Below are positions 14,268-28,371 of a DNA stretch of 64,000 nt, piece after piece. Position numbers and translations under genes: made by a program. The first letter of the stretch is position 1. Each line of letters begins with the position of its first letter. The notes below the pieces were generated by a model. It did no database searches and was not told the origin of the DNA. It was given only the letters and a program-made list of their open reading frames with translations. Origin of the DNA: the human T2T-CHM13v2.0 reference genome, Homo sapiens; assembly GCF_009914755.1 (NCBI RefSeq), contig NC_060932.1; one strand, written 5' to 3'.

Positions 14268-14473
14268 CATGCTGCCCAGTGAAAGTTCTTGTAATGATGC
14301 AAATAGTTTGTACCTGCACTGTTCAATGCAGAAGCCACCTGTGGCCAGCAAACACTCAAAATGTGGCTGGTGAAATGAGAAACTAATATTTTAATTGCAT
14401 TTAATTTTAATTAATTTACATTTGGATTTAAATAGCCACATAAGGCTGGTGGCTCCAATGCTGTACAGCGTAG
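14268..14473. mobile_element. MER3-like hAT MITE
   Basis: aaatgtggct...ttttaattaattt...aaatagccacat internal palindrome typical of MER3/MER33. Confidence 0.75.
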
Positions 14474-14499
14474 CTGTGAATAGAATGATATTCCCTTTG

Positions 14500-16130
14500 T
14501 CTTCAGCCATACGTCAGTGAACTGGGATCTCTCCCAGTCTAATTCTTTGCTCAATTTCAGGACAACCGAGAAACCTAGCTAATTTTGCCTCTATGAGACT
14601 TCCATAGTCATTCACTCAAAACTCATCATTGAACATGTTAAGAAAGGATCTAACCATATTTTCCTTTGTCCTTATGGAGAAGGAGCAACCTTATTTCCTT
14701 TTTGATAATTCATGTCAATTACTAGGCAATCCTGTAACACTGCATTTTTATCTGTTCACCCGATGGTAAAGGGAATACAGACAGTCTGGTGGCAGTTCAC
14801 TGGGATGGTTATCTCCTTCCTTGCAAACAAAACTTCCAAACTAGTGGATAACAGCTATAAGAATGTGTAAAGTTTTTTATAAGTACATTACCAGGTTTAA
14901 TTCTTAGAGGTATCACACCTCCTTCTGCTCCATTGTTTCCTGGACCCATATTCTGACTGTAGAAGAAAGAGAACATACCTAGAATCCTTCAGGGCTGCAA
15001 TCTGGCCTGTCTTTCAGCTGGAGTGACTCATTTTTCCACAGCTCATGGAAATGTTCTATAAGTCTAGCTCCAGCTGCTTTTAGATGATGGGATACATAAT
15101 AAAACTAGTAGCTGGTTTATTCATTTTTTCCCCATCACTGTAAAGTGAGTTCCTAGGTCAGAAACAATATCCTTTGAGGCACCATGCCTGTCATGACTAT
15201 ATATGAGGTATTCAGTAATGGTTGCACTTGTAGAAGCATAGTTGGGAAGGAAAGCATATCAAAGTCCAAATAATAAGTGAAGATAAATGGCACCTTTATC
15301 AGGAAGGAAGGTTGCCAATGCAATTAACCTTGTGCTAGGTAGCTGGCTAGGTAGCTATCCCCCAAAGGCATGGTATTATATTGGGGGCTCCAGGTTGGTC
15401 TTTTAATGGGAAAGTTGAGCAAACAGCAGATGTGTTATCTAGGGAAGAGAGGGTTGGCTGACAATAGAGAAGGTCATTTTATCTACCTGATTATTAAAAG
15501 CATCCCTGCACTGGGTATTCACGTTTGATACAAATATTCTCTCCCTTTGGGCCCATTCTGAGGGTCCTCTAGAATAGTAGCTGAAATTGGGGTTAAAAGC
15601 TGCTTAAATTTTGACAGTCTGCTTTACTTCTCTAAATACCAGACATCTTCACCAGGTTATTCCCTTGATCTTGTGTCCTGATATTATGACCATGCCTCTG
15701 GCATTTAAGTGCCCCATGTGGCCTCTGTCACCCTCAGATCTTCCCATTTTCTTTAAAATCAAGGAAACAATTTCACTGCATCATGTTCTACTGGTCTCCC
15801 TGTCCCATAGGGACCTGCTCAAGCTGTTACAAAGAATATAGAGTGTCAGTGGTGAAATCTATGTCAATAAATACAGTCTTATGTAATATATTCTCCCCTC
15901 CTTGTCCAATATTGTCTGAATCCATTCACATATATATTCCCCATATGTTTTGCCAGCATAAACAGGTGAGGCCCTGCACTGTGTGTGTATGTGTGCATGC
16001 GTGTGTGCATGTGTGTGTTAAGCAAGCAAGTTCCTCCTGGGCTTGATTTTGATTTTGTAATAGTATCCCTGGGGCATGTTTAGATATGCTTCTTAGTAAA
16101 GGTTTAGGGACATTGACGAAAGGGAATTCT
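14500..16130 (-). mobile_element. Highly decayed ERVL-class internal sequence (integrase relic)
   Basis: Minus-strand translation gives HGASKDIVSDLGTHFTV (~15140-15185; cf. integrase SDQGTHFT) and PQYNTMPLGD...VNCIGNLPS (~15305-15390; cf. ERVL PRYGTIPRGD...QVDYIGPLP). Confidence 0.65.
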
Positions 16131-16258
16131 CTCATTTTTAAAATGACGTATGTAGAGTTATATTGTAATGAGGAATCAGTGTTCTTTTGGCTGGCAATAA
16201 AGGCTTACTGGAAATTGAGGCTTGCAGGCATAGAATTCTCCAAATATTTTGAATGTAA

Positions 16259-16267
16259 ACACAAACA

Positions 16268-16312
<45 letters not shown>
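16259..16312. repeat. (CA)n microsatellite
   Basis: Directly visible. Confidence 0.95.
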
Positions 16313-16315
<3 letters not shown>

Positions 16316-16324
16316 ACACTAGAG

Positions 16325-17305
16325 AGCACCAGTAAAGAAAAAAAGGTTAATTAAATTACAGTATAAATGCATATTTGTTCTCTTTTGTTATCTTAACTAA
16401 CTTAAAAAGCAATTGTAAAAAAATGTAGATAATGTATTGCTTTGCCTATAACATAGGAATGTGTTATGTTTGTCAATAACAGCACAAGTAGGTGAGTGGG
16501 AACAATGGTGTGCTGGGAAAATGATTCCAGATGGTTACTTGATCAAAGTATAAATGAAGGAAACCAGAAATGATAAATGGGAAGGTTAATACAACAAAAG
16601 CTACAAATATATATTTGCTCCCCTTTCTTTTCTCTGCTCTTTAAAAAGACCTAAAATCATATAAAGGAAGAATTTTAACAATGTATTATTGGGTTGGTAA
16701 TATTGACAGATATACAACAATAGTACTACAATAAGTAGGAAAAGGGAATGGAACTATTAAAATAACATATCTGTATTTCACTGGAATTAAAATGATATCA
16801 ATCTGAAGCTGATTCTGGTTAGTTAAGATGTGTTGGTAGGCCCTACAAAAGACGCTAAGAAAATGACTCAAGAAAAGTAAAAAAATTGTTAAAGAAATTT
16901 AAATGCATTAGTAGAAAATATTCACTCAATTCAAAAGAAAACAGTAAGAAAGGATTAGAGGAATAAAAAACCATGAAATTTATGGAAAACAATAAGTGTA
17001 ATGGTGAATGTAAATCTATATCAATAATAACATTAATGTTAATAGAATATACAATCAAAATGCACAAATGATTAGATTGGATAAAAAATAAGATCCAACT
17101 GTATGCTGTCTAAAGGAAATAATTTTGATTCAAAAACACAAATAGAATGAAAGTAAAAGGATAGAAAACATTATGCAAATGGCAACCATAAGAAAGGTGG
17201 AAGGGCTATACTAATATCAGACAAAATAGACTTTAAAACAAAAAAAGGTACTAGAGACAAGGAGAGGGACTTTATAGAGCTAAAAGGGTCAATTTGTCAG
17301 GAAGT
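16325..17305 (+). mobile_element. Old L1M inter-ORF and ORF2 endonuclease start
   Basis: gattggataaaaaataagatccaactgtatgctgtcta (WIKK.DPTVCCL) and gctatactaatatcagacaaaatagacttt (AILISDKIDF). Confidence 0.85.
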
Positions 17306-17309
17306 TATG

Positions 17310-18530
17310 AGTGATCAGAAGTGTTTTATCAGTTTTGAGAAACCCTTTGCCAGTATTTGTTCACATCTCTCTTACCCCATTTTCCTTCTCTTTTTCTTCT
17401 GTAACTTCACTTGCTTGTTTATTAGATCTTCTCCCTAAATCCTACCTGTCTCTAATGCTTTTTTCTGTGTTTTCAATTCTTTTTTTTCCTTTCTCTGCTT
17501 CAGTTTGATTGTTTTCTGTTACCTGTTTTCCAGGTGATGAATGCTGTGTCTAATGTGTTATTGAACCCAACTAGTTAGTTCTTAATTTTAGATTTTGTTT
17601 TTTTTTAGTTCTGGAATTTCCATTTGATCCTGTTTTCACCATTTTGAATATACCGATGAAATTACCTAGCCTTTCAATTCTTTATGCATATTCTTCATTT
17701 TCATATTAATTGAACATTAATTGAATTGTGGTTATTTTAAAATCCTTGTTAGTTAAGACTAAAATTGGGATCACCTATGGGTCTGTTTCTATTGGTTATT
17801 TATTTTCTTTTGTTATTTTTTGACATGTGAAGGAATATTTGAATAAATGCCAGACATTATTTATTTAAAAAATACAGAAACTCTAGATTCCTGAGAAGGC
17901 TCACTTTCCCCTCTTGGCAGAGTGGTGGTCAGTTGGCTTACTTCAGTAAGGAACTGTGCTGAATCATGGCTGCATGAGGGATGACCTCTGGCTCAAGACT
18001 GACCTTGTGTAGTTTCATCTAGGATGTTGGTGTGTTTTGGGAACGTTCTTTTTTATGGATATCAAATTCTAATCTTTGTCATGTGAGACTGACAACAGAG
18101 CTCTGTTTTGTTTTGCAGGGTCTTCCCAGTTACGTTTTTGCCTTTTGCCACATACGGGTTCCAGTTTTCAATACATGTTTTGGGGAAAATAATCTGCCAT
18201 ATGCTTGAAACCTCATAATTCTCCACCAAAACTCTTCTGATTCCTTTTACTCCTGCTGCAGCCCTCTTCCAGCTGTTGCCCTGGATTTTGCCCTAGACTC
18301 TTAGCTTCTTGCCCATATTCAAATTCATCAATACCTCCAGGAGAAAAGCAACTGCAGAGGCCAGTTCACCTCTCTGTTTCTTCCCTTATAAAGTATTAGT
18401 CCATTTTGTTCTTGTTGCCTTAGCAACTCTTGTCTTTTTCAAAAGAAAATTTTTGTATTCCGTCTGGCTTTTCTAGCTCTGGATGGGAGCACTGGTCTTT
18501 GGACAAGTGGACAAGTAATACATCCTCCCT
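17310..18530 (-). mobile_element. Old L1M ORF1/5' region, antisense
   Basis: T-rich decayed antisense L1 pattern; subfamily unresolved. Confidence 0.55.
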
Positions 18531-19389
18531 AGAAGGTAAAGAATCTTTGTGTAGTACATATTTTGAAATATCTTTCTGTTTATTCATACAAATTTGCCAT
18601 TTAGCTGATATCAGAATTTGAGGGACATGATATTTTTCCTTAAAAGCATAAATGTGTTTTTTTTGTCTTTTTAGCATTTTAGAGTTTATCAAGAGTCTGA
18701 TTTTTATTTATTTTGTTGTTAAACTTAAAAAAAAATCTGGGTGTTTAAAGGCTTATCTGTTTAGTGAAAATACTATATATTTTTCCAGGATATGTGTTTA
18801 TGTGGGTTATCTTTCAGTGATTTTGAAGAGTTTGTGATAAGCTTTATACACTAAGCTTTCTTGACAGTTTCTGTGTGGTTTTCAATTAAGCTCTAGATGT
18901 TTGCTTCTTCTCTAGTTGGAGTGTCTTCCTGAGAATACCTGTGACTCTTAGGTTCAAGCTCTCTTTCCTTTCTCCTTACCCGTAATCTTCACCATCCATT
19001 TTTTTTTTTTTTGGTCACTTTGGTTTTTTTGTACTGCATTTTGAAAAATTTATCAAATTATTTCTGTTTGATTAGATTTTACCAAGTTTAATCTTATGCT
19101 TCATTGAATCAATTTGCATTTAAATCCTACTATTGTGATTTTATCTTTTTGAAAATTATCCTACCTTGAGTCTTTTTTCTCTCTTTTCTATGCATATTAG
19201 TCTTTTATTCTTAGTCTTTTTTTTTTCTTTGTATCTTGGCTTTCTGCTTCTGTTTCATAGAAGTCATGCATTCTAATAAGTATGGCAAACTAATGGAAAT
19301 TTCTCCTTTCTTTAGCAAATCATTTTCAGATATTTGTTATCCTTGTACATTTTTAAGGTGATCTTTCCTTTCATTTTCATTGCAGTATT

Positions 19390-20280
19390 TTAAAAATCAA
19401 CTTTAGTGAGGTATCATTTACATTTATTAATATACACCCATTTTAAATGAACACTTCAATGCCCTTTGTATATATCCATATATTCACTACCACAATCAAG
19501 ATAAGGAATATTTTCACTTCCTCAAAAAGTTTCCTATACTTTTTTTTGTAGTCAGTTACTCCAACATCATTCTCATGCAACCACGGATATGATTTCTATC
19601 ATTACAGATTAGTTCTGGCTGTTCAACAATTTCATAAGACCAGAGCCATCTGCTATGTACTTTTCTTCCTAGCTTCTTTTGCTCAGCTTAACATTATTAA
19701 AATTTATTAGTATTGTTATGCCTATCAATAGTTTGCTTCTTTTTGTCACTTAGTAATATTCCATTGTATAACACGCTGCGTGTATCCATTCTTGTATTGA
19801 CTGAATGTTTGTGTACCCCCAGAATTCATAACTGAATCCCTAATCCCCATTATGATGGCATTTGGAGGTGAGGCCTTTGGGAGGTGATTAGGTTTAGATG
19901 AGACAATGAGGATGGGGCTCCCATGGCGGGGTTTAGTGTGCTTCTAAGAACAGAAAGAGAGCAGAGCACTCTCAATCTCTCTCTCTTTCTCCACCGCCCA
20001 CACCCCCAAAACACACACTGTGGCTGTCTGTAAGTCAGGAAGAGGACCCTTATCAAGAGCCTGACCATGCTGGCACCCTGATCTTGGACTTCCCAGCCTC
20101 CAGAACTGGGAGACATAAATGTCTAAGTTTTTTTCACCCAACCTATAACATTTTGTTTTATCAGTCTGAGGAGTCTAAGACAATTCTCCTGTTGATTGGA
20201 CTCTTGAGTTTTTTCTAGTTTGCAACCATTATGAATAAAACTGCTATGAACATTCACGTATCAGCCTCCTTTTCTTCATG
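19390..20280 (-). mobile_element. L1ME-like 3' end, interrupted by MLT1A
   Basis: cactaccacaatcaagataaggaatatttt...tagtaatattccattgtat...attatgaataaaactgctatgaacattc. Confidence 0.75.
19793..20182 (+). mobile_element. MLT1A-type MaLR solo LTR
   Basis: TG...ctaagaCA termini with perfect 5-bp TSD attct (19788-19792, 20183-20187). Confidence 0.9.
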
Positions 20281-20929
20281 TGTATGTTTAAGTCTTTGTA
20301 TATATTTACAGTAACTGTTAATGAAGACCCTGCTTGCTAATTCAATCATTTCCATGTTTTCTTTGTCCATTCCAATTAACTGATATTTCTCTTGGATATC
20401 AGAAGCATTTTCCTGCCATTTTGTATGTGGCATAATCTTCATCTGAATGCTGGACATTTTTGAGTGTCTGGATTTTTTCCTCCATTCCTTTAAAGATTTT
20501 GGAGTTTTTCTGTGTCGGGAGGGTAATTTACTTTCTGGATCATTTTCATACTTCTGGGATGTGTTTTCAAGTTTCTTTTGAGTGGATCCAGAGTAACCTT
20601 TACTCCATGGCTATTAAGCCTTACTCCTAAGGTGCACACATTTTGGAGTCTCTATGACTGCTCCAAATGTTCAGTGGTAACTCTTCATTCTAGGTTGTCA
20701 GAACTCAGATACCTCCTGTACTGCCTGAGGAAGTTGTTCAGCTTCCAGCTTCCCTGTAGGTTTTTCCTAGAAGCCATTCTTTGCCTGGTTAGTCCTACGT
20801 TGCCTGTTGTTCAATGTCTGAAAGTAGTTGTTACATATATTTTGTCTAGATTTCTAGATGTTTATGGTCGGAAGCCTAGTCTGGTACTGGTACATCATCA
20901 TGGCTGGAAGCAAAAATCATATTGTAGTA

Positions 20930-21245
20930 TTTTCTTTTTTAATTTTTATTTTTTGAGTCAGGGTCAGGGTCTCACTTTGTCACCTAGGCTAGAATGTAGT
21001 GGTACAATCATAGCTCACTAAAACGTCATACTCCTGGCTTAAGTGATCCTTCCTCCCCAGCCTGCTGAGTAGCTAGGAGTATAGGCACTCACCATCAGGC
21101 CCAGCTGATTCATTGTTTTGTTGTTGTTAAAGATGGGCTCCCATTGTGTTGTCCAAGCTGGTCTTTAACTCTCGGCCTCAAGCAATTCTCCCACCCTGGC
21201 TTCCAAAAATGCTGGGATTGTAAGCATGAGCCATCACACTTGGCC
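20930..21245 (-). mobile_element. AluJ
   Basis: Diverged Alu dimer in reverse. Confidence 0.9.
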
Positions 21246-22124
21246 ATTATTGCATTATTTTCAACAGTTATTTAAAATTCATTTTACTATTTGATTATTT
21301 TATTTTATTCACTATTCATTATTTTATTTTATTCACCATTTTCTTAGAGTCTATGTGAATGGTTTGCTTTGTAACACCTTTGTCCTTTTGGAGGTGATTG
21401 AAACCTCTTTTCAAATACATAGCTAAGACAGAAAATTAATTTCTTCCTAGTCTTAGTGAAATTCTCAGTGACATTCAATACTTGTATGTCAGCTAACATT
21501 ACTGAGTTTGACTACATGAAACAATCCAATCCACAGGTCCAGATCTTTGACACTTTGAATAAATCTACTATGAAACTTCATGACTCCTTGTATGTTCTGC
21601 AGTCAGAGATCTTCATCTTTTCATTCAGAGGATAAATTTATTGCTCTTCTTTGAGAGTTATGAAATAAGACTCTCCCTTTCTGTCTTTCTGGATAGTGTA
21701 GTCCAAAGATGTTACATCTAGTATTGCTTCGGCAAGTTTGACACCACGACGGTAGGTAGAAGGATGGTAGTTTAAGCAGAAAATGGGATCCTACTTTAAT
21801 TTATACAAAAATATTTATTTAGTACCTATTGTGCATCAGACACTCTTCTATGAGCTAGAGATACAAAAATACCTGAACCTTGCATTCCATTGAATCAAAC
21901 CACTGCATTACCTAACCCTGAAATGCATACCATCTTTAGCTTTTTGAAGTTACGATAGTCATTTTCTCATCTTTATTGTTTAAAGCCATTTGACTTAAGT
22001 TTTCTGTACTTGCAAACAAAGGAATCCTCAGAATATTTCACTGGGCTGCATGCTCACATTGTAGTTTACCACTGCCAGTTCCCCATCCCTCTTCTAACAA
22101 AATTCTTGCCTGGTGATATTTTTG

Positions 22125-22360
22125 ATAAGAATGGTAGCTAACATTAATTGAGCCCTTACTATGTATTGGGTACTTTTCTAACCACTGTACATGCATTGTA
22201 TCATTTAGTCTTCCAAACAACCCAATGAAGTAAGTACTACTATTATCGCCCTTTTACTACCGGGGAACTGTAAACTTTCTCAAAGCTACCTTGCCAGTAA
22301 GCATGGAGGATTTGAACTTAGCTTGTCTGGTGGGAAAGTCTGAGTTTTCAACCACAACAT
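22125..22360 (-). mobile_element. MIR
   Basis: gctaacattaattgagcccttactatg...aacaacccaatgaagtaagtactactattatc MIR core. Confidence 0.8.
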
Positions 22361-22580
22361 TCTTTTACTAAACACTTGCTTTTATTCACAGGCTTTATTG
22401 TGAATATGTTTTCGTGCATTCAAATATCCTCTTACAACTATATTACCATTTTGCTCCAACATATTCAATTATGTAGGTACCATATTATATTTAGCCTACA
22501 TCTCCTTTTTTGGCATTATTTTCTTCTAATTTTTCACTTGAATAATGACATTGCTATGTACATTCTTGTATATGTTACTC

Positions 22581-22877
22581 TTTTTTTTTTTTTTTTTTGA
22601 GACAGAGTCTCACTCTTCTGCTCAGGCTGGAGTGTAGTGGTGTGATCTTGGCTCGCTGAAACCTCTGTCTCCCAGGATCAAGCGAATCTCCTGCCTCAGC
22701 CTCCTGAGTAGCTGGATTACAGGTGCATGCCACCACACCCAGCTACTTTTTGTATTTTTAGTAGAGACAGGGTTTCACCATATTGGCCAGGCTGGTCTCG
22801 AACTCCTGACCTCATGATCCACCCGCCTCGGCCTCCCAAAGTGCTAGGATTACAGGCATGAGCCACAGCACCTGGCC
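22581..22877 (-). mobile_element. AluS
   Basis: Full dimer; TSD ttactctttt. Confidence 0.95.
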
Positions 22878-22914
22878 ATATTACTCTTTTTAGAAAACCA
22901 GTCTAATTATTTCT

Positions 22915-23227
22915 TTTCTTTTCTTTTTTTTTTTTTTTTGAGACAGAGTCTCTTTCTGTCATCAAAACTGGAGTGAAGTGGCACAGTCACCACTCACTGC
23001 AGCCTTGACCTCCTGGGCTTAAGCGATCCTCTCACCTTAGCCTCCTGAGTAGGTGGGACCATAGGTGTGTACCACTATACCTGGCTAATTAATTTTTTTT
23101 TTTTTTTTGTAGAGATGGGGTTTCTCTATGTTGCCTAGATTTGTCTTGAACTCCTGGGATCAAGGAATCCTCCCACCTTAACCACCCAAACTGTTGGAAT
23201 CATAGACATGAACCACTGTACCAGGCT
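22915..23227 (-). mobile_element. AluJ
   Basis: Full dimer; TSD tctaattatttcttt. Confidence 0.92.
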
Positions 23228-23413
23228 ACTCTAATTATTTCTTTAGAAAAATTCCTAGAAGTAGAATATCTGGAACCAATGACCAGTCTATTTTAAGTTC
23301 ATGATGGAATATGCAACGTTGTCCTCCAGAAAATATTAGTTTACATTTCTACCATAAGTATATCTTTCTCAGTATTTTAGTAAGAAATGTGGTAAGCATT
23401 AAAATTTAAACCA

Positions 23414-23700
23414 GGCTGGGTGTGGTGGCTCATGCCTGTAATGCCAGCACTTTGGGAGGCCAAGGTGGGTGGATCACGAGGTCAGGAGTTCAAGACCAGC
23501 CTGACCAACATGGTGAAACCCTGTCTCTACTAAAAATACAAAAATTAGCCAGGTGTGGTGGCACGCGCCTGTGATCCCAGTTACTCAGGAGGTTGAGGCA
23601 GGAGAATCGCTTGAACCCCAGGAGGTGGAGATGGCAGTGAGCCGAGATTGTGCCATTGCACTCCAGCCTGGGCAACAGAGCAAGACTCCATCAAAAAAAA
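23414..23700 (+). mobile_element. AluS
   Basis: Full dimer; TSD-like ttaaaccag on both sides. Confidence 0.95.
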
Positions 23701-24010
23701 ATTAAACCAGAAATTCCCTTTATTCATTTTTAGCCCAGATTTATCTGTTCCTGATCACTTTATTTCTCAAGGCTATCAGTGCTTATCATTTTTTCCTCTT
23801 GGGCAGTATCTATCTGAATTCTGTATTTTTAACATGTATTTTGACTCCTCATGTTCCTAGTTTTAAAGAATTAGTCTGTGAACTTGCTGTGGGTTTAAGG
23901 TTTTTTCCTGAGACCCTGAGACCTCACTAAGATTTTCACTTGGCAGGGTTAAAGAGTGAAATAATCACCTGGATATCATGGCTGAAAATGCTATTGGAAA
24001 GTGAAGAGGA

Positions 24011-24320
24011 GGTTGCATGCAGTGGCTCAGTCCTGTAATCTCAGCACTTAGGGAGGCTGAGGTGAGAGGATCTCTTGAGCTCAGGAGTTCAAGACCAGCC
24101 TGGACAATGTAGTGAGACCCACTCTCTACTAAAAATACAAAAAATTAGCCGGGTGTGGTAGGACATGCCTGTGGTCTCAGCTATTCAGGAGGCTGAGGAT
24201 GAGGCAGAAGGATCGCTTGAGTCTGGGAGGTTGAGGCTGCAGTGAACTGAGATCCTGCCACTGCACTCCAACCTGGGCAAACGAGCAAGACCTTTTCTCA
24301 AAACACAAAACAAAGAAAGA
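24011..24320 (+). mobile_element. AluJ
   Basis: Full diverged dimer. Confidence 0.92.
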
Positions 24321-25679
24321 AGGGAGTTGGGTTGGAATCACTTAATTTGAGAACTCATTTATATCTCATTAACTAGTTTCCTGTTTTTATTTTAAAACCC
24401 AGATATCACAGTGAAATTTAAACTCATATTCATAAAGGAAAACAATCTGCAAAGTCCAATCTAGTTTATATCATTAGTAAGAATAATAGTATGGTTTAAA
24501 TAAGATCTATATATTTTTACTAATATTCGTTCTGCTTTCACAAATATATTGCCATGTGTAGATCTCTCCTTCATACCAAGAGTTCAGTTGGCACCATGAA
24601 CAGTTCAAAACACTAATACTTGTGATCACAGTATTGGTTCTTAATTAAACGTACAATTCCCCCCCACACACTATTTATGGATTGCTAAAACAATATTTTC
24701 ACCTTTATCTTTGGCTGTCAGATAGCAAGTTGGACAGTGAAGTAGAACTGACAGAAATGAAGATAACTACAAAGTTAGCATTGATTTTTGCCTCCCCCCC
24801 TCTGTCTTTTGAGATTGTTTCTTCACATTTCTCATATCTTTTCTCCTGACTTATGAAAGGCACCCTTTCTTGCTCTAGGCCTTTCATTGTTTTGAAACAT
24901 AAAAAGGAACATCAAAGACTTTCATCGTGTGCGTTTTGGATCTTACTCTACGTTGACAATATCGAGAGGTTCACATTCCTACTAAGCCTGTGGGTTTAGT
25001 TCAGCAATGCTCCCCATTTTTCTCTACTGACCATAACATTTCAACCCTGCTGGAATCTTTGAAGATGGTTATTGAGTGACTTTAGAATCATCCTCGGAGT
25101 TAGAAAACCCCAGAAAGCATCTTTTCTTTGGTATTTTATTCTACATCTTGAGAACAGTAAGAACAAATGCACTTCTCTGGGGATATAATGACTAGGAATG
25201 GAGACCATACTAGGAAAATTGACATGAAGAGCAAAAAGATCCACTCAAATAGTTCTTTTGCACTATACAATGTGTCACAAGTTGCTTCTTAAGAAGAAAG
25301 CTAGTCAAAATATAGCTTACCTTTTGTGTCTCAGATGGCTGGGCTTTAGAAATTGAGACACTCTGGTCAAATATCTAGCTTCAGAAGGTGTTGTTTACAT
25401 CCTCATCAATTCATCTATTATTTGCAATTGTTTGCATTTCAGGTTTTAGAAATAAAAAAGTGTTATAAGAATTCACTGTATACAAACTGACTTAAATGTT
25501 TTTATAGGCTTAGTCAAAGCCTGATTTCTTTACAAGATTAGTTCTAAATGAAAATAGAAAGAGCTTTTGATCCCTCCCAAGGGAGTATTCCCAGATAATA
25601 TTATTCATTTACTCTTCCTTATAAATGATTTTCTCTGCTTATAATTTGTGGTTTATGTTTTCATACTTGCAGTTGGTAA

Positions 25680-26320
25680 AACTGTCCACGAAATCACTTC
25701 TGACACCAACTGCAAGTTTGGGGGTTCCCACGACCACCCTCACCTCTGACACCAGCTGTAAGAATGAGTGTCTATGAGGCTACTCTCGGGCTTGATAATT
25801 TGCTAGACTCACTCACAGAACTCACTAACAGCCATTGTCCTCATGGTTACAGTTTATTGCAGCAAAAGAATATATACCAAAATCAGCCAAAGGAAGAGAT
25901 GCATGGGGCAGAGAATAGGAGAATTCAAAACGTTGAGCATCTAGTCGTCCTCTCCCAGTGTTAACTGCACCTGGAATGATGTGTAACAATACTCAGTTAG
26001 TATTGCCAACTATGTGTCTGTTGTCACATGGCACTATTTAACACTGAGCTGTGGTGACCAGAGTTTTCAGTTGGGTTTCAGACACATAGAATGGTTGGCT
26101 AACTCAATCTCCAGCCCCTCTGGAGGCAGAGCTGATACTGTGTAACCCAAAACTTCTACCATAAATCCCATTGCTAGATGATCTGGGATGGCCCAAGGCT
26201 CTTAGCTAAACTAAGACAGTCCTGTCAGGCAGAACATTCTAAGGGTTCAGAGATTGTCTCCCAGGATCCAAGGACAAAGGTCAGACCTCTCTTTGGGCAA
26301 GATTAAATTCTGTATTACAC
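25680..26320 (-). mobile_element. ERVL LTR of the MER21C/MER77 group
   Basis: Reverse complement starts tgtgtaatacagaatttaatcttgcccaaagagaggtctg; contains the family's tggtgtcagaagtg units. Confidence 0.75.
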
Positions 26321-27007
26321 AATACCAGATGAGCAGCTGTCTTTTGATGGCTGTAAATGGATAGTGAAGGATATTTTCAATATATTTTGGGTAGGAGTAG
26401 TGATCTGTCATTTCAGGAAGATTACAGGAGTGTAGATTTGTGTCTGGTAGGATGAGAAAGCCACCGTTTGAACCTGTAGATAATTCTGAGACCACTGATA
26501 GGAAGCATTTATCCTTTGGCCAATATTAGGTTGGTTGCCATCAAGTGTTAGCAGCATACAACAAGCTTAGGTTTTCTAAAATACAAAAAGATCCTTACTG
26601 AGAGCATATTAGAGGAAACTAATTCTGTGGAAGGAGAAGTATATTTGCTTCAGGATTAAGAAAAAAGCAGCATCAATTCTACATTCCATTTAAGTACATT
26701 TCCATTTGCTTGAGAAAACACATCCATTATTTAGTTGCGAATCAATTTTTGAGTGAGCAGTGAAGAAAGACTTAGACGAGAGTCTTTCTGAAAGCTTTTA
26801 TGGGTAGAATTCTACAATAGAGACTTGATTGTTCCTCATTGTTTCCTCCAGTTCCATGAGGATTCTATGTCATCTCTCCTAAGTTCCCTTTTATCTCCCC
26901 CATTAGATGAGAAAATGTGCACCAGGCCATCTCCTGCACTCTTCCCCATCTTGGCTAATCATTGCTCCATCTATCCATTTGCTCAGGCCAAAACCTATGT
27001 AGATATC

Positions 27008-27578
27008 TGTATCAGTTATTATTGTTGTGTAATAGGCTACTGCAGACTTAGTGGCTTAAAACAACACCCCTTTGTTAGCTCACAATTCTGTAGTTCAGAA
27101 GCCCGGACATGGCCTATCTTGACTCTCTGCTCAGGGCCTCACAAAGCCAAAATCAGGGTGTCAGTCTGCTGCATTCTTATCCAGAGCTCAGGGCTTTTTT
27201 CCAGGTTCATCCAGATTGGCAGAATTTAATTGCTTGTGGTTGTGGAATTAAATTTTCCATTTTCTTGCTGGATATATGGGCTGAAGTTTACTCTGAGCTC
27301 TTTGGGGCTTTTCTCAGGTCCTAGTTGTGTGGATTTCTCAAAACCTGGCAGCTTCCTTTTCTGAGCAGGCAGGATGATCTTTCTCCAGTCTGCCAAGACA
27401 GACTCTTATATAATGTTGAATAATCACTAGAGTAACCATCCTACTACCTTTGTCACTTAACACAACCTAATCAAAGGAGTGACTAACCCTTAATGGTTAC
27501 AGGTCCTATCTGTGGCCACAGGGAGCGATTAAGCAGGGGTTGGGGGTTTTGGGACATCTCAGAATTCTGCTCATCACC
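27008..27578 (-). mobile_element. MLT1E-like MaLR LTR
   Basis: cttagtggcttaaaacaacac...ttagctcacaattctgtag; ends ctcagaattctgc. Confidence 0.8.
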
Positions 27579-27604
27579 ATGTCTTTGTATTGTATTACAT
27601 TATT

Positions 27605-27735
27605 CTTCTTCTTATTTTATAGAGACAGGGTTTTGCCATGTTGTCCAGGCTGGTCTCAAACTCCTGAACTCAAGCGATCCACCCACCTTGGCCTCCCAAA
27701 ATGTTAGTATTATAGGCGTGTGTCACCACACCTGG
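27605..27735 (-). mobile_element. FLAM/Alu monomer
   Basis: Left monomer only; degenerate TSD attgt(a/g)ttac(a/g)ttatt. Confidence 0.85.
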
Positions 27736-28371
27736 ATTGTGTTACGTTATTTAATAAAATAATCATGTATCTCTTTGTAATATTAAAAAAGACTTTAAAT
27801 GAATAAAATCTAGAAAGAAAAAAATAAACCAGAGACTTTAAACATTCAAATAAATGGGGGAAAACAAAGAAGATTTTAAAGTTTAATACATGCAAAATGT
27901 TAAGGAAAAAGAAAAAGGGAAGCAAAGAAATTACATGGTTAAAAAATAAAATAAGATGGTAGAAATAAATCAAAATTTATCAATAGTGCCATAAATGTCA
28001 ATTGACTAAACATACCGTCAGTAGAGATTCTTTCATTGGATGAAAGAATATAATCCAACTACATGCAGTTTAAAGAGTGCCCCTGAACTATGGTGATACA
28101 CAAGGTTTATCCACTAAATTATTTAACTAATATTGTTTTTGTTTCTAAGGGCTCTTCAGGGAGAAAATTAAAGTCTCTGTGCTCCTGAAGCTCACGTTAT
28201 AGGGTGGGATGTTGATGAAAAATGAAAAGCTATGTAATAATGTAGAGAATGATCAATGCTACTAAGAATGGAGCAGGACAAAGGGGTAGAGAGTAGTTTG
28301 GTGGGTGGGAAGGCCTGGATCTTTTAGCTGGGCTGTTTAGGGCTGACTCTGAGAAGTAGAGATCTGAATGG

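Noticed and set aside
25694-25760. Spaced direct repeat ctgacacca resembling a CRISPR-like unit or tRNA fragment
   Set aside because: Only two units, part of the MER21/MER77-group LTR; eukaryotic context with no cas genes.
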